Of a DNA stretch of 64,000 nt, positions 1 through 11,365 are shown piece by piece. The translations under genes were made by a program, and so were the position numbers. A model generated the notes under the pieces. That model was not told the DNA's origin. It made no database searches and was given only the letters and a program-made list of their open reading frames with translations. The stretch comes from Zygnema circumcarinatum SAG 698-1b (Eukaryota > Plantae > Zygnematophyceae): the NCBI GenBank assembly GCA_037447605.1, contig CM074809.1, forward strand, positions 2,470,689-2,534,688, read 5' to 3'. The stretch's first letter is position 1. Each line of letters opens with the position of its first letter.

Positions 1-1149
1 TAGATGGCGCTTCGCCGTCGATCGCACGAGGGTCGTCTGAATCAACGGTGAAAACCGGCTCTCGGGCGACAACTGACAGTCGTCGGTCGGATCGATCGGC
101 GAGCATGCCATCCGCAGCGCCGACGGCTGCGATTGAAGCTTCCGTGACACGTGCGAAGGCGGCTCCTCCCGCCGCCGAAGCCGTGTTCCCGGCGGCCCAT
201 GCAGGCAGGCCGGCGGGCGGAGGGGGAAAAGGAGAGCTCGACAGTGGCAGTCGAACCTCGGGCCTCCCTTCCTCGCGCGGAATGAAGGGTAAGGAAACCA
301 TGGCGGCATCTCCAGGTCCTTCTTCCCGCCCCGCGCGGCATGTCAACTCTCAAATGTCATCAGTGCGGAGGGCGCTTAGGTTTGATGACATAGAGGCGGT
401 AGCTTACCCTGGCAGCGGGGAAGGAGGGGTTCATGGAGGGGGAGGAGGAAAAGAGGTGATAGGAGATTGGGCAGGAAGGCAGAGAGTGGCGGGGGGCGGG
501 ATTCGGAGCGCGGAGGTTTCAAGGAGCGTGATAGGAGGGCCCTGGCAGCGCGCAGGACAGGTGGGTTTTGTGATCTGCGCTGCGCGCATTACAGGAGGTT
601 CCGGGATTCTGCTTTGAGCAGACGATTGTTTGTTTTTAGGACTTCAAGATTTATAAGGATATTCTTCTCAGAGTTTCCATTTGTATATACATATCATCCT
701 CTGGCGTTTCTGTATGCATGTCATCAGTGGAGTAGAATTTTCTGGGACTGTGAACTCGGGCAAGCTCCGCGATTGGGGTGATCGGGTCAGGAATCTGAGA
801 AATTAGCGCTGTAGTCGTCAGATACCTGCTTCTTTTGGTAGAGAGTACAGAGCACTTTTCAAGGATAGGTATATTTTACTTCGCCTGTTTCACCAGAAAA
901 TACGTGGGGTTTCTTTCGCGTTTGGACGGGTTTGCTAGCTCAATAGTTATTACTGATCTCATGTTAACATTGTAAGGTAAGATGATATTTACAAAGATTT
1001 GGAACTGAGAAGGAGGAGATGCTGTCACTCGGAAAGTGTTCCAGTATTTCAGTAGTTTGTGATTCGTGTATATCGGGGAATATGCATCTGATCTCTATCG
1101 CCTACCGCTGCTGAAGCGGAATGTTTTGCGAACATTATCTGAGGTAAAT

Positions 1150-3258
1150 ATGGTACATGCTTTATGGTTCACAAGCTCGTGGTTCACTGTATGGTCGTTT
1201 TTCAGAAAAAAGGAAGCGAGAAGCGAGTCTGCAGATCGTGTGGTTACATTTGGGAACTCGTGAAGTCTGGAATTTTCGAAAGCTTTGTGCTAACTGCTTC
1301 ATCGTCCGCTCGACTGCTTGCAGGGAGCTGTGAACTCAAGCCTGTTCTTTCCCACTGCCCCACCTTTGGATTCCGCAAACCTCACCGCCTTGTATAAGGA
1401 GCGCTTGCCATTGGATTCGATTTTGGAAAACTCTTTTGGGCCGCGGGATATAGAAGGAGGAAGCCTCTTCACGGCATCTGACGCTTTGCCCCCCCCCAGA
1501 TTGCATGGTTTGGACCCGTTCATTGGCAACTTGGCGAGCGAAGATGACGATATCACAAATTTTGGTTTCCCGCAGTCACAGACTCTACAAACCATGGGAG
1601 GAAGAATGTCAGCATTAACTGATTATGTCGGTGGACGATTCTCTATGGGCCTGAATGAGATTGGCGGAGGAAATGAAGGGGGTAGAACACTCGTGGGAGG
1701 GTTATCATCTGCACTTCGAGGCTCTAAGGGGTCGATGCTGGCGATGGGTCCGATACAACCTCCAAGGTGGGCTGGACAGATTCACCAAAGGCATGGAAAC
1801 ATGAGGATTTTATTTCTGCTATACTTTTGTTTCACAAACATGTAGTTCTTCATGGGGGAGGCTGGCCATTAGGTTATTCATGTGGTGATGAGTCCATCTT
1901 CTCAAGAGCCGAGGTAGAATTGCTGCCTTTGGCGTCACAGTCACGGCTCCCTTCCCTTCTCCTTCAAATAACGAATCAGGGTTTCCTATCCTAATACTGC
2001 AGAGAAACATGGCCAATAATGCGATCATTTCAATCGGGTGCGCCTTCGGTGCTGCCGCATGGAGATGCACGAGAGGAGCTTCTCCCATCCATGCTTAACC
2101 TTTCAGCGCTACAAATCCCAGACTTCGATCCATGTCTTCATGGTACCATATCCCCTTTCCTTTTCTCTCCCTCTGCATCCCCCTTCTGTTCATATGCATC
2201 CTTCCCCTTCTGTTCGTTGTAACCCCCGTTCTTATCGTCTTGGTTGCAGCCTTTGGTAAAGAAGGAGGAGGGCTGGCAGAGAGCCTCTTGGATGGGTCCC
2301 GAGGTCAGTCCATGGCGGCGGGCAGTCCTCCCAAGAGTCCGGCGGGGGGGGGAGCAGGGGCCGGCTCGCCTACGACCAATCCGCAGTCCCCCAACAGTCT
2401 CTATAAGACTGAACTCTGCCGGTCGTGGGAGGAGACGGGCTCGTGCAGATATGGCGCAAAGTGTCAGGTCATAGTCTGCTGCCACTTTCCGGGTCAGTTC
2501 GGGCATAATCAGTGTAAAAATTTGGGTTGTTTTTTGAGGGATCAATGCTTGATTGTTTTGAAAAAGGTCCAGAAACAGGGGGATTAACCCGGATGTACAT
2601 TTGGTGCATGAAATGAACGTGGTCGTCCTTCTTCGGTGCGAAAGATTGCACGGATTCTGTCCGATGATCCGAGCTTGTACAGTGCGACCCTCACCACGTA
2701 ACTCATATTTTTCCCTTTGTTATGGGATGGTGCGGTGGGAGTGGTCCGGCAGTTTGCCCACGGGAGTGACGAGCTCCGTCCGGTAGCGCGACATCCCAAG
2801 TACAAAACGGAGGTGAGAATTGGGTCTATGCCCAACCCGAGCTCTAATACTCATCTCTTCGTCCAACCCTGTCTTACTCAGTTCTTCCCCCTTTCTAAAC
2901 CACCCACAACTGTCTTACCAATGCCGAACCTTACAAAGCTTTGCAGCCAGTCCTAGACCTCCTTCGCAAGCCCCTCTCTACACATTTCCCCTCCTTACAT
3001 GGATGAAGAATCCCCGTGTTCTTTGGGCAGATTTGTCGCACATTCAACACAAACGGAACTTGCCCCTATGGAACACGCTGCCGGTTCATCCACCACAGCC
3101 CTAAGGGCTCCCCCTCCTCCGTCAGCACCCCCCCCACCGCTCCAAGTCCTGTGGCGGTAAAGCTCATCTCTGCAAACAGCAGCAGCAACTGCTCCCCCCG
3201 CCGGTTGCCCGTCTTTCAGAAAATAGCGCCGGCGGACGCTTCGAAATCCAACGGCTAA
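1150..3258 (+). CDS. Tristetraprolin/ZFP36-type tandem CCCH zinc-finger mRNA-decay protein (multi-exon; 5' structure uncertain)
   Basis: Spliced exons ~2250-2467, ~2753-2812 and 3031-3258 give YKTELCRSWEETGSCRYGAKCQ|FAHGSDELRPVARHPKYKTE|ICRTFNTNGTCPYGTRCRFIH, i.e. two CX8CX5CX3H fingers with KTE lead-ins, plus C-terminal RRLPVFQKI. The start is provisional (ATG 1150 spliced to the acceptor at 1323). Confidence 0.9.
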
Positions 3259-4884
3259 CCTTCTTCTTCCGCTTTCTTCTTTTCGGGGAGATCAGTTCGG
3301 ATGTTATCAGTTTATTGGTCGGGTCAAGAAAGTCGAAGGGTCTCTACTGGTCTCTGCTGTTCTTGTGAGGATGTTTTCTGCAGGGGGTAGAAGATATTTG
3401 GGTGGTGGGTTTCGGAAATGGGGACTTGCAGTTCCTGCATGAGTCAGAGGTGTGTTATGGGGAGGAAGTTAAGGGGGGGGGGGTCAAGAAGAGAGTTTAT
3501 TAGGGTTTGGCGCAGATAACAGGGAGGCTGCATAATTATGGCCTGAGGGGTCCGATATCCGGCGCGAGGAACGTTTCTAGGGTGCAATCTCTTGCTTTTC
3601 CACCGAAGGGGTGTGGCTGCCTGGCTAGGAGTAGGCTTGCCTAGTAAATATAGGAGAGGAGATGTGCCATAATATGGTTATGATCAGTTGTAGAAAGCTG
3701 ATGTGGGTATCCGCGAGGTAGATTCAACGAGAAAAAAGGAAGGGAGAAACAAGCGAATATAAGTGAGAATATGTCAAAATAGGGTCGACGACAAAATATC
3801 ACGCTGGAAAGGGTGCTGACATAGGTCCTTCATGGATTTGTCTATGTTGTTAGCTTTCATTCGCAGAAGGGTTTGGATAGGTAACTCGAAAGACGGGTTT
3901 AACCATCGTAGTAATTCTCAGCTGGGGGAGGGAAGCCCTTGTCAGGCCCTTGTTGTGCTAACACTGTTGTCAATAATAAGTCGAAATGACCACCGTGGAG
4001 AGGATCTGATTCTATTCAGACGGATGAATGTGATCGATCTATGGCCGTTGGCTTCACATTTGGCGTGAAATTAAACAATTTACATCGCAGTTCGTTAGTT
4101 GTGACTACTACTGGCATCGAGTAAGTAGGGGACGCCGTTCATATGCATCAGTGGAGCCGGTGGAGGATCAAAACTGGAGATACATGAATTGTCGAGTACG
4201 TCTGTTGTTTGTGTGCGGGAGACGGTCCCTTTAGCCAGTTTGAAATGCTGCTAATATTGGCATCTGTTGTTTCTATTATTTTTTAGTTAAAATTTCGGGG
4301 TTACAGCCTTCAAAGAATCGATATGGAATTGGTTCTCTGTGTAGGGAGGGAGGAGAGGGAAGGGTGGGGGGGCTCCGGGAGGGAAAGGGAGAGGGAGAGG
4401 GAGAGGGAGAGGGAGGAGTGAAATTTGCATAAGTGTGAGACCCCTTGTCTGAAGCCCCCTGCCTGAAGTCCACATAAGTTCACATCAATTACAAAATTCA
4501 CAAAAAATAATCGCCTTCATCATCAGACCAGTGCAGTGGGAAAAAAAAAAACATCGAAGACTTGCGAAACAGCTGGCACGTTTACAAATGCACATTTTTT
4601 TTCTTAAAAGGTACGCAATATACATTCTTCGACTACAGTTGCTTCCAATTCTTCTTCCAGTCCCTAAGGTTGTACTCGATCTGACAAAATATATCACAAT
4701 CATCAAAATCACACAAAGTATTGCGCCATTTGGCAGCTGTCTATGTACAAGCTTCTTGGGTTTTGCTGTCACGACAAACTCCAACAGAAACAAACATTAG
4801 CCAATGTTAAGAAACTCGAAAGTCTCAATTTCATCTGTGTCTGAACTTCCCTTCCTTCCTTGCATCCACTCTCCCTCCCTCCCT

Positions 4885-7632
4885 TCATCCCGCCGTTGAC
4901 CAGTTGACCGGCGCAGCCTCCCTCGGCGCCGCCACTCTTATCGGCGCTTCCGGAACCTTCTTTTTGGACCCCCACCGCCACGCCCACTGCGGGCCCCCCT
5001 CCGCCTCCTCGAGGGAGAAGAAGCGAGGGGCCCACTGCCCCCCCTCCCCCCTCTCCTTCTCCCTCTCCCTCTCCCTCCTCTGCCTCTCCCTGCGCTGCGC
5101 GGCCTCCACGGCCTCCTTCTCGCGCCTCGCCGCGGGCCAGTCCTCCCCGCGGATCGCGGCGCTCAGCCGCCGCCACACGACCATCGACTCCGACGCCGCC
5201 ACCGCCTGGAAACCGCCCCTCAAGCAGGGACCGCCGCCATGGTCAGAAAGGAAAGGAATGAAAGGAAGGAAAGGAAGGAAAGGAAGGAAAGGAAGGAAAG
5301 GAAGGAAGCTCTGTGGCACTCTGAGGCAACATTTGGCAACATTGTTGGACACACTCACCGTCGGATTCACAATCTTTGCAATCGGCACGTTGGAGAGTGC
5401 GGCGGCGGCGTCGTACAGCACTTGCGTTTTGTTGGTCTTAACATTCGTCACAAAGACCTGTCTGCACGCACCGCTTGCATCCCCCCCATGGCACATCTTA
5501 GCACCCGCAGAGCAGGCCGTGCAAGCACCAAAGGCAGATTTCTGGACTCCGGCCCATTTTTGTAGATATGAAGGAAGGAAAGCGGAGACTTACCCATCCC
5601 ATTTCCCACTGAGTTTACAAATAGTATCGCCAGTCCTCGTGTCTTTGACAATCCCCTCCACCGCATTCGGAGATCCATGAAGACCAAAAAACGACTTTCC
5701 CTTGAACGAGACCGTTCCTTCGTACCGTGTCTGCATACAATGCATTCCTGAATAGTGGTAAGGCACAAGCACTGGAAGCCGCCACGTGAGAGGCAGATAC
5801 AACAAACGCAAGCATAGCCGAAAGGAAAAAATGTCAAGCAGGAAATCACAGTTAAAAGACTCTAAGGTTCGTACCTGGGAACACGTGACAGTTGTCACGC
5901 CCAGCCACGTTGCCGAGGGGGTGGGAATGAACTGGAAGGCGAGGCAGGGGGAGGTGAGCTCATAGGTTTCGCCATGGCGATGCAGAGAGAGGGTGCGGGA
6001 GCCGACCATGTCCACTCCCAGCCATGCTCCTGCGCAGGGGGGAGGGAGAGGGCAGGGCTCATGGAACAGTAAGAGCCGAAAGTTTTCGGATTAGGAAACA
6101 GTTTTGAAACATAGGCATTCGAGCTTCTTGTATGCCATGTAAGAAAGGGAAAACAGAAAATAAGCGGAGGATGGATGAGAAGCACAGACCATAAAAATGC
6201 GGAACGGCCTTGTGCCACCATGTCATGCTGAGTTGCTTTTTCTCATTGGTCGCATGCAGTGCAGAGATTGGAGGGTGATGGGACACCTGTCAAAGGACGA
6301 ACGGTCATAGGAGGTGCTAAGATTGGGATTCCTGTCAATTGCATTGACGTGGAGAGTGTGATTGTTGGAGGAACACAAAGTGAGAATAAGCTAGTACAGA
6401 GAAGGAGAGCGAGTGGGAGAGACTGAGAGAAAACGTGCAGGTTGGGAGGCAAAGGGATGAGAAAGGGGAGGGAGGAACGGAGTGGAGGTGGAGGTGGAGG
6501 TGGAGGTGGAAAGTTGCGAGAAGCAAAGTAGCGTAAAGAGGACAACAGGGGCGAGGATAGGCAGGAAGAAAGTAGGAAATGAAGAAGGAAAAGGAAAATA
6601 AAGAGGAAAAGGAGAACGGGAAAACGACGAAGTCAGGGGGGATGGAGGGAGGGTGAGAGGGTTGAGAGTGAGAGGAGAGAGAGAGATGGAGAGGGGGGCG
6701 GGGAGGAAGGGAGGGAGGGAGGAAGGGAGGAAGGGAAAGAGGGGGAGAAGGGGAGAAGGGGAGAGAGCGGGAGAAAGGGAAAGAAAGGAGGAAAAGAGGA
6801 AAAGGAAAGAAAACGAGGGAAAGAGGAAAGAGGAAGGGATAGGGAAGAGTGGCGGGGAGAGGGGGAGCGGGAGAGCGGGAGAGAGAGAGGGAGAGCGATG
6901 GGGAGAGAGAGGGGGAGAGAGGGTGACAGGGAGAAAGCAGAGAGGTCGAAAGGAAGAGTGGGAGAGAGGGAGGGGGAGAGGGCGAGCGGGAGAGGCAGGG
7001 GGAGAAGAAGAGAGGGAGAGAGGGCGAGGGGGGAGAGTGGGAGAGAGGGAGAGAGGGAGAGTGGAAGCGAGGGAGAGAGGGGGAGTGGGCGAGAGGGGGA
7101 GGGGGAGTGGGCGAGAGAAGGGGGAGAGGGAGAGGGAGGAAGAGATATGAGAGAGGGGGGAAGGGGGGAAGGATGAGAGAGAGGGAGAGCAAGAGAGAGA
7201 GAGAGTGACCTGTTCGAGCAACACGTTGAGGTCTCCAGCAGACACGTGGTGCGTCTCCCCTAGCACGGGGTTGTACGGAGCCTTCCCGAAGGTCGGCTGG
7301 CGGGTGGTGGAGAGGTGGAAGCGCAGCACTGCGAGGAAGCGCTCCAGCGGCGAGCGCGCGTCGTCGCAGGCCCCGAGCAGGTCCTGCGCGCACCCGTACA
7401 CGGCCAGGCCGTACAGCTCCAGCTGCGACTGCGCGAGGTTGAAGGAGGGCGGCAGGCGCAGGCGGCCCATGTCCCCCCCCACGCCCCGCAGCAGCGCCAG
7501 CACGCTCCGCGCCCCGCCCGCGCTTGTCTGCTCAGCTCCCGCCACCGGGGCCACGTGGCACTGCGCCACGGCCTCCACGCTAGCGAGCTCCCCGAATTCC
7601 CCCGCGGGGCCGTCTGCTCCCCCGCCACCCAT
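4885..7632 (-). CDS. Oxysterol-binding protein-related protein, ORP4-type (ORD only), about 6 exons
   Basis: KAPYNPVLGETH and the OSBP signature EQ|VSHHPP joined across intron 7209-6287. Further exons encode GKWDG and SESMVVWRRLSAAI...AARREKEAVEAAQR; stop at 4885. Confidence 0.92.
5247..5308. repeat. (GAAAGGAAG)n 9-bp tandem repeat in OSBP last intron
   Basis: About 6-7 near-identical copies are visible directly. Confidence 0.9.
6575..7205. repeat. ~630-bp polypurine/polypyrimidine (GA-rich) low-complexity tract in OSBP intron 1
   Basis: Almost exclusively G/A on the + strand, with GGGA/GAGA units. Confidence 0.9.
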
Positions 7633-9371
7633 GGCTTCCGCCGCCTCGGCCCCCGACTTCTGGGCCCCACTCAGATTACAAAGGTGAATTGTTATTATCC
7701 TTTCTACTACTCTCCACGGGGTTATGGGGTGGGCTGCAGGGATCTACTCTCGCAGCTTCTTCTATTCAGAGCGCGGGAGCGCAGCGAGTAAGGGAAGGCC
7801 GCTGTGGAGGCTCAGTGCCCGCCCGGCCGCCCGCTCGCGGCCGCATTCGGAGGGAGGGAGGGAGGGGCTGCTTCCCGGAAAGAGTCTCCTCACTGTCCGT
7901 ACGGAGGGCGTCCGCGTCGACCGACTGAGAACGACAAAAACTAGGGTTCGCGGGCCGCGACATGCGGGGCTCGCCTATTCGGAGGTTGAACTGTTGCCGA
8001 ATGAGACAGCGGGTTCAAGTTCAATTTTCGCGGCAGCAATTCAACATGCAAGAGGATGATCATTATCGTAGTGAGGTACCTGAATGTACGGACACGCCAT
8101 ATCCGTCGATCCAAAGTGGATCGGGGGTCCACCTTTCCGCGCGGGCCAGTCCACGCCGACAGCGCAGTGCTGCGCGACGGAACGGAACGGAAGTGCCGAT
8201 CGCTGGTGCCGCGCCTTTGAGCGCCCGGCTCGCTCTTCCCTGCGCGCCGGGCGGTCGGCGGGCGGCGCAGCCTCATAAGCGGGGCGGGGGCGGGCCAGAC
8301 CGGCGCGGTCGCGCGGACGGACGACCGGCGCGCGCAGGCCAGGGAGGGGGGGAGGAAGGGGGCCAGGGAGGGAGGGCGGGCGACTGCGACCGACGGCGAC
8401 CGAGATTGCGACGGACGGACTGCGAGGGCGCGCGCCGTGCGTGAGCTGGAGGGCGGGCGGACGCCGGGCGGTCGAGAACCTGCGGGCGGGCGGGCGGCGG
8501 GCGACCCGCGGCCCGCCGAGGATCATGAAAACGCGACAGCACCTCATTGCCGCGCTGCGCCTCTCCTATCCTTGGGCGGCCGCGCCCTGGTCTGGTTGGG
8601 TCTGGTCGGGTCGGGTCGGGTCTCTCTCTCCGCGCGACGTGCACGCCACTCGCAATAGCACATCATGCGACGCAGCGACTTGACGATGACGAGCTCACCG
8701 TGCACGCGAACCTCGGACATAGGGACCTGCCAGACCTTGAGTACAACATCGTCTGCCTCTCTCCCGCACGCCGCACACGCGCAGTGGCGGACCTACATAT
8801 ACGACTTGGTGGGACTTAGCCCTTTCTTCTTCTTTTCATTGTATCTTATGTATTTTATGCTGAGGGAGGGCCTAGCCCCACCTCAGCAAAAATCTTGGAT
8901 TCGCCAATGCACACGCAGGCACACATCTATTGCCTTGGTATCTGGGCGAAACACAAAAGCAATATAGCCCGCGGGAGACAGCCAGGCTGACTTTTGCAGA
9001 GAGCAGAAGGGCGGGTTTTGAAACCTGTAGAGGGCAGCGGATGGCGCGTGAGACGAGCGGCAGTCTGCATGCAAATCGGGGCACTGGGTTTCTATGCGGC
9101 AGTTACCGTAACACGCTGCCAGTTGAGGACAAGGGTAGACCTGGAGGCGTTGACGGCGGGTCAACTGAGCGTGGACCTGCCAAAGCCGTCGTCTTGACCT
9201 CGAAAAGTTGAACTTCGCACTTGCGAGAGTGTTCAACTGGAAAAAAACCCAGATCCAAAAGAAGTTAATTTTCATTGTCGAAATGTAATTCAAAATCTCG
9301 GTACCTGTTCAAACCTCGTGGTGGTATTTTGGCGTGCACGACTCGAGATCTGGGTACGCGCGCAGGACTGC

Positions 9372-9740
9372 GTCACGTGGCAGCCCTCCGGAAAGCACGA
9401 CACGTTGCACGCCCTTCAGGCGCAGCATGACACGTGGCGACTTGAGGGGCGTCGTCGAGGGCGGGCTCCGTGTACGCACTTTCAATAAAGCACGCTGACT
9501 GCCACGTGCCATCTCTCGATAGGGCAACGCGACCTCGCCCTGTCGCCCTCACGATCTTGGCCGCCACGTCGGCCCGAACGGCCCCCGGCAACGGCGGCGC
9601 GTCCCCTCGGCCAGTCCAACCTGTAGCTCACACGTGCGACCGCAACGCGGCCATGCATTTGCCACGTGGGTGCACAGGCATCGGCGGGAACGTTTGTCGT
9701 TTTCTGGTTCTGAGAAGCTCGAAGTTTCCAGCCGCGTGGC
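9372..9740. promoter_or_regulatory. G-box/ABRE cluster in the divergent region between the OSBP and glycosyltransferase genes
   Basis: CACGTG at about 9374, 9431, 9503, 9631 and 9663 (several as ACGTGGC/GCCACGT), GCCACGTC near 9563, and CE3-like CCGCGTGGC near 9732. Confidence 0.55.
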
Positions 9741-10016
9741 CGGCCGTGACGGCCGTCCAGCCGGCCGGTTGTCCGGTTGTCCCCCACAGAAACGACAAAC
9801 TCCCCCGCCCAAACACGCCTGCCCCAATGTACGGTAGCCGGTTTGTAGCCGGCCGGTTCTCCGGACGTCGCCAGCCGGTCCGCGCACCAGAGTGTGCCGA
9901 GGGCGTGTCGGGCGAGGCGCGGCGGAGGGGGCTGCGGACGGAGAGCGTGGGGCGGCACAGTTCCATGGGCTCTCGATAGCGCCCCGCGCAACTCAACGGC
10001 GAACACAACTGGCACC

Positions 10017-10225
10017 ATGGGGAGAGGGCCGCGCAAAGGCCGGGGGGAGGGGGAGGGGGAGGGGGAAGGGGAGGGACTCGGCCATGGCCATGGCGGGCCA
10101 CTTGGCGGAGTGGCGGGCGGGGTGAAGGCGGCAGGGCGTGGCTGCCTCTCTTTGGGATGGCAGCTTCGCCGGCGCTGCTGCGTCTTCCGTCCTTTGGAAC
10201 ACTCTGCCTGCAAATATGGTTGCCG
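10017..10225 (+). CDS. Probable 5' exon (coding or uORF) of the glycosyltransferase gene
   Basis: GC-rich ORF MGRGPRKG...KYGCR downstream of the ABRE cluster, ending at a strong donor GTAAGG at ~10226. I could not resolve an in-frame join to the 11366 exon. Confidence 0.35.
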
Positions 10226-11365
10226 GTAAGGCAGTGCATGGCGGTCTTGGAGTGAGATGACGTCTGTGAAGGAGACATAAGCGAAGCAGTGTGGGATAGG
10301 AAGGAGGAGGGAGGATATTAGGAGGTGTGGTGATGATGGATCCCAACGAGGTTTGAGAAATTAATTAATGCTTGGAAATGCGGTTCCGTCATTTACTTGT
10401 CGCAGCGGTGTACTTCATCTGCAGCTGCATATGAGCGCAGAATTTTGTTTTTAATTCAAGTCGTGGTCCATAGCTTGCGCTTATGCGTTGAGGTCTCCTA
10501 CGGTTATAAAGGAGGGGAAGAGGGTATTTAAGAGGACGAGGATTTTTTTTGTTTGTGATCGTAAGAGCAGAATGTGGAGTAATGCTCTCATTTCATAAGT
10601 TTAGTGGCCTCTACTTTGCTTTTTACCATCAACAATGTGACAAGTACAGAATTCTTTTTGAAATGACCTGCCTGGTTTGCCTTAGATCGATTGACTTTGT
10701 GCCAACATTGTGCCCTTTCTCCTTCCTCACCATTACAAAACCCTCTGTTTGCGTTCCTAAAAACTCTTTAGCTTGAACCTTGCATTAAAGCAGACTGAGC
10801 TGCTCAATAATCGTCCCTAAGCACGGCAAGCATGCGCACATTACATAGGTTTGTTTGATGATGTCATGTATCGAGGCCTTTAAGACCAATGTCAACCATA
10901 TGCAGCCCTTTATGTATATGTGTTGACTTGCAGGTGAGATCGTATTAAGCGTTTGTATACATGATATTGGAGGTATTTATAGAAGTTCTTGTGGAATGGA
11001 AAAGTATAGCAAATGAGTAGGCAATAGCAAATTCAGAGCGCACATGTTGTGAAATTCGCTCTCGCTTTCCTTAAAGTTGATTCAAAAGAATAGCCATGAT
11101 CGCTTCTAGTGTCGATTGTATGGAACTGCTGCTTGTTTACTGCTTGTAAATGAACTGCCCTTTTGCCTTATTGCAGCAGAATCTGCCGATTGTGCTTGTG
11201 TTCGAGCGCGTGAATACGAGAAATTGAAGAGTTGGAAATAGATAGGGCGTAACACTTTCTGGTGCGAGGAGGTGCATTGCAGAAGCTAGACCTTCAAGGA
11301 AAGGGACGCAAAACAAAGAAGGAATCTTCAATATAGGGACGCGTCATCACTACTGGAAACTTCTT

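Noticed and set aside
48-617. 189-aa ORF at the window start with an RRALRF (RxL-like) motif
   Set aside because: GC-rich, no recognisable domain, and its splice phase does not join the CCCH exons; context upstream of the window is missing.
6335-7393. Long ORFs (352 aa, 413 aa extension, 165 aa) over the GA tract
   Set aside because: Low-complexity intron read-through; the OSBP exon ends at the donor near 7209.
8547-9211. Short coding-looking frames between OSBP and the ABRE cluster
   Set aside because: No consistent gene model or recognisable family.
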